From an uncultured Simkaniaceae bacterium (GTDB taxonomy: Bacteria; Chlamydiota; Chlamydiia; Chlamydiales; Rhabdochlamydiaceae): 64,000 nucleotides of DNA. Location: positions 3,346-67,345 of the forward strand of contig CAWBSQ010000005.1 of assembly GCA_963791555.1 (NCBI GenBank), in the 5' to 3' direction. A program made the translations under genes and the position numbers. Positions 62,489 to 64,000 of the stretch are shown here, in pieces. The notes beneath the pieces are model-generated. The model searched no databases and had not been told where the DNA came from. It was given only the letters and a program-made list of their open reading frames with translations. Position 1 is the first letter of the stretch. Each line of letters begins with the position of its first letter.

Positions 62489-63085
62489 ATGCAGTATTCT
62501 TTTTTTCCTCTTTTTTCTTCGCATATCGATCTTGCCCACCACTACTGGATGCAACTCGCAAAAAAAGGAGATACGGTCATCGATGCCACCTGCGGTAATG
62601 GCAAGGACGCTTTAGTACTGGCCCGGCTTGTTATAGACGAAGCGCAAGGACATTTGATAGCTCTTGATATTCAACCAGAAGCACTTCTACATACACGTCA
62701 ATACCTTGGAGAGCATCTCTCTGAGCCCATGATGACAAAAATTTCTTTAATCGAGTGCTCTCATTCTGAATTCCCCAAAGAGATCGCGCACGGCAGCGTA
62801 AAATTAATTGTTTACAACCTTGGCTACCTTCCCACTGGCACCAAAGCGATTACGACCATGACGATGACGACTTTGGTTAGCGTAGAAAAGGCTCTAGGAC
62901 TGCTTTCCCCTGGCGGCCTGCTCTCCATCACCTGTTATCCAGGCCATGATGAAGGGAAAAAAGAAGAAGCAGCGCTCGAATCCTGGCTGAAAGCCCTTAG
63001 TCCCAAATCGTATAGTGTTTGCCAGCATCGCTGGCTCAATCGCTCCCACTCTCCATCGCTACTTTTAGTACAAAAGAAAATTTGA
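62489..63085 (+). CDS. SAM-dependent methyltransferase, YtqB/MnmM (putative rRNA methylase PF06962-like) family
   Basis: VIDATCGNGKDALVLA, LIALDIQ, VYNLGYLPTG and CYPGHDEGKKE match the family pattern. Confidence 0.7.
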   Translation: MQYSFFPLFSSHIDLAHHYWMQLAKKGDTVIDATCGNGKDALVLARLVIDEAQGHLIALDIQPEALLHTRQYLGEHLSEPMMTKISLIECSHSEFPKEIAHGSVKLIVYNLGYLPTGTKAITTMTMTTLVSVEKALGLLSPGGLLSITCYPGHDEGKKEEAALESWLKALSPKSYSVCQHRWLNRSHSPSLLLVQKKI

Positions 63086-63290
63086 ATTTTTCTTTTTTTC
63101 CCTGACATTCGCTTCCTGTACAGTTGCTTATGAACTAAGTGAAAGTTCAATGAATTTTTACCCGTTGACCTGGCCAAGAAAACAGGTTAAAATTAGAGTG
63201 CACTCGAGTGATCGTTCAACGAATGGAGGTCCTCTTGATGCAAAGAAGTTTCTGTCCAAAAAATCATAATTAAAATAGTAATAAAAAATT

Positions 63291-64000
63291 ATGGGCAGTG
63301 AAAAAATAAATTCTAGACCTTGGTCGCCAGCAGACTTGCGCCAGCAAGTACTGTACATCGAAGAACAGGTGAGTTTCGATACACCGATCTCACCGCTTCA
63401 GCGCAACAAGCTGTTTCGTCAGCTTGACAGAACAAGACGTTCTATGGAAGCCATCTGCGATTCATCGAAGCCAACAAATGAGTTTTCGCGGCTTCAAATT
63501 GAACGCGATCTCGACGATCTCCCAGAAAAGATCACAAAGCTCTATGGACAAATTCACAATCGTAGTGTGGATACCCAGGTGCGGCAAGTTGTCGATAAAG
63601 CCAAAAGCCTTCAAGATCGATTAGATCATGGCGATTGTGACAATATTGTAAAAGAGGTCTCTGGACTAAAGAAACGGCTGCAACAAATCCGCCGCCGTCA
63701 TGCTCTAGGGTCAGAAAACCTCAAAATTGCACGGTATGTTTCGACCAGAGCTGAGCAATTTTTGCGTGCTCACGCGCTCGGCCAACCCATTCCTCCACTT
63801 GTCAATCAACTCAACTTACTCGAGATCCAACGCCTACACTATAGGGACGCAGGAAACGAAGATGAGGTGATCATTGAATTATTTGAACTTGCAGAGAGCT
63901 TCTACTTTGGTCATAACCGTGATACACTCAAACGGTTTAATTTATTGCCTGAAGCTGTGCGACGGCGGATTCAAGCCCACTTTGCCATTCTTGGGGTCTC
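63291..64000 (+). CDS. hypothetical protein, partial (continues beyond window end)
   Basis: Manual translation from ATG 63291 (MGSEKINSRPWSPADLRQQVLYIEEQVSFDTPISPLQRNKLFRQL...) is open to the window end. It is not in the ORF track because no stop lies in the window. Confidence 0.6.
   Translation, partial: MGSEKINSRPWSPADLRQQVLYIEEQVSFDTPISPLQRNKLFRQLDRTRRSMEAICDSSKPTNEFSRLQIERDLDDLPEKITKLYGQIHNRSVDTQVRQVVDKAKSLQDRLDHGDCDNIVKEVSGLKKRLQQIRRRHALGSENLKIARYVSTRAEQFLRAHALGQPIPPLVNQLNLLEIQRLHYRDAGNEDEVIIELFELAESFYFGHNRDTLKRFNLLPEAVRRRIQAHFAILGV

Overview
This 64-kb chromosomal segment looks like an amoeba-associated, environmental Chlamydiae genome (Parachlamydiaceae-like). That assignment is an inference from gene content, not a database hit. 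Recognisable housekeeping blocks are a thrS-like/infC/rpmI/rplT/pheS operon, hemL, tamA-tamB, mlaE-mlaF-mlaD, nfeD-floA, yhhQ-tgt, tdk, a PiT phosphate transporter, a GT28 glycosyltransferase, an MFS transporter, tRNA-Ser(UGA) and tRNA-Val(GAC). Three clusters of one leucine-rich-repeat (LRR) paralogue family are interleaved with these blocks. The family has 9 members carrying 0 to 13 copies of a 23-residue LPKEIGQL-type repeat, including one internally deleted remnant and one LRR-less member. There is also a small type III secretion chaperone/translocator operon. Two small accessory islets stand out. The first (31981-33840) is a HigB/HigA-like toxin-antitoxin pair framed by two tRNA-Leu(UAA) 3-prime-half fragments, short direct repeats and inverted copies of a ~300-bp repeat. 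A third copy of that repeat sits beside tRNA-Ser. The second (55123-57875) is a 2.7-kb cassette with no integrase, lying beside tRNA-Ser and bracketed by 23-nt direct repeats. It holds two unassignable ORFs, one with a HEPN-like R-x4-H-G motif, plus a 3-prime-5-prime exonuclease gene remnant. I consider it the best candidate for an undescribed defence/toxin-type system. Other notable points: a ThrRS-like protein in the canonical thrS position that appears to have lost its zinc and editing ligands; a frameshifted ADP-forming acyl-CoA synthetase; tandem kinase-fold paralogues; a queuine-type Tgt pocket; and a dispersed palindromic motif (TTAGAAAGNATTTGCAAAT) found mostly at gene 3-prime ends. 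All functional calls come from by-eye motif recognition. No searches were run.
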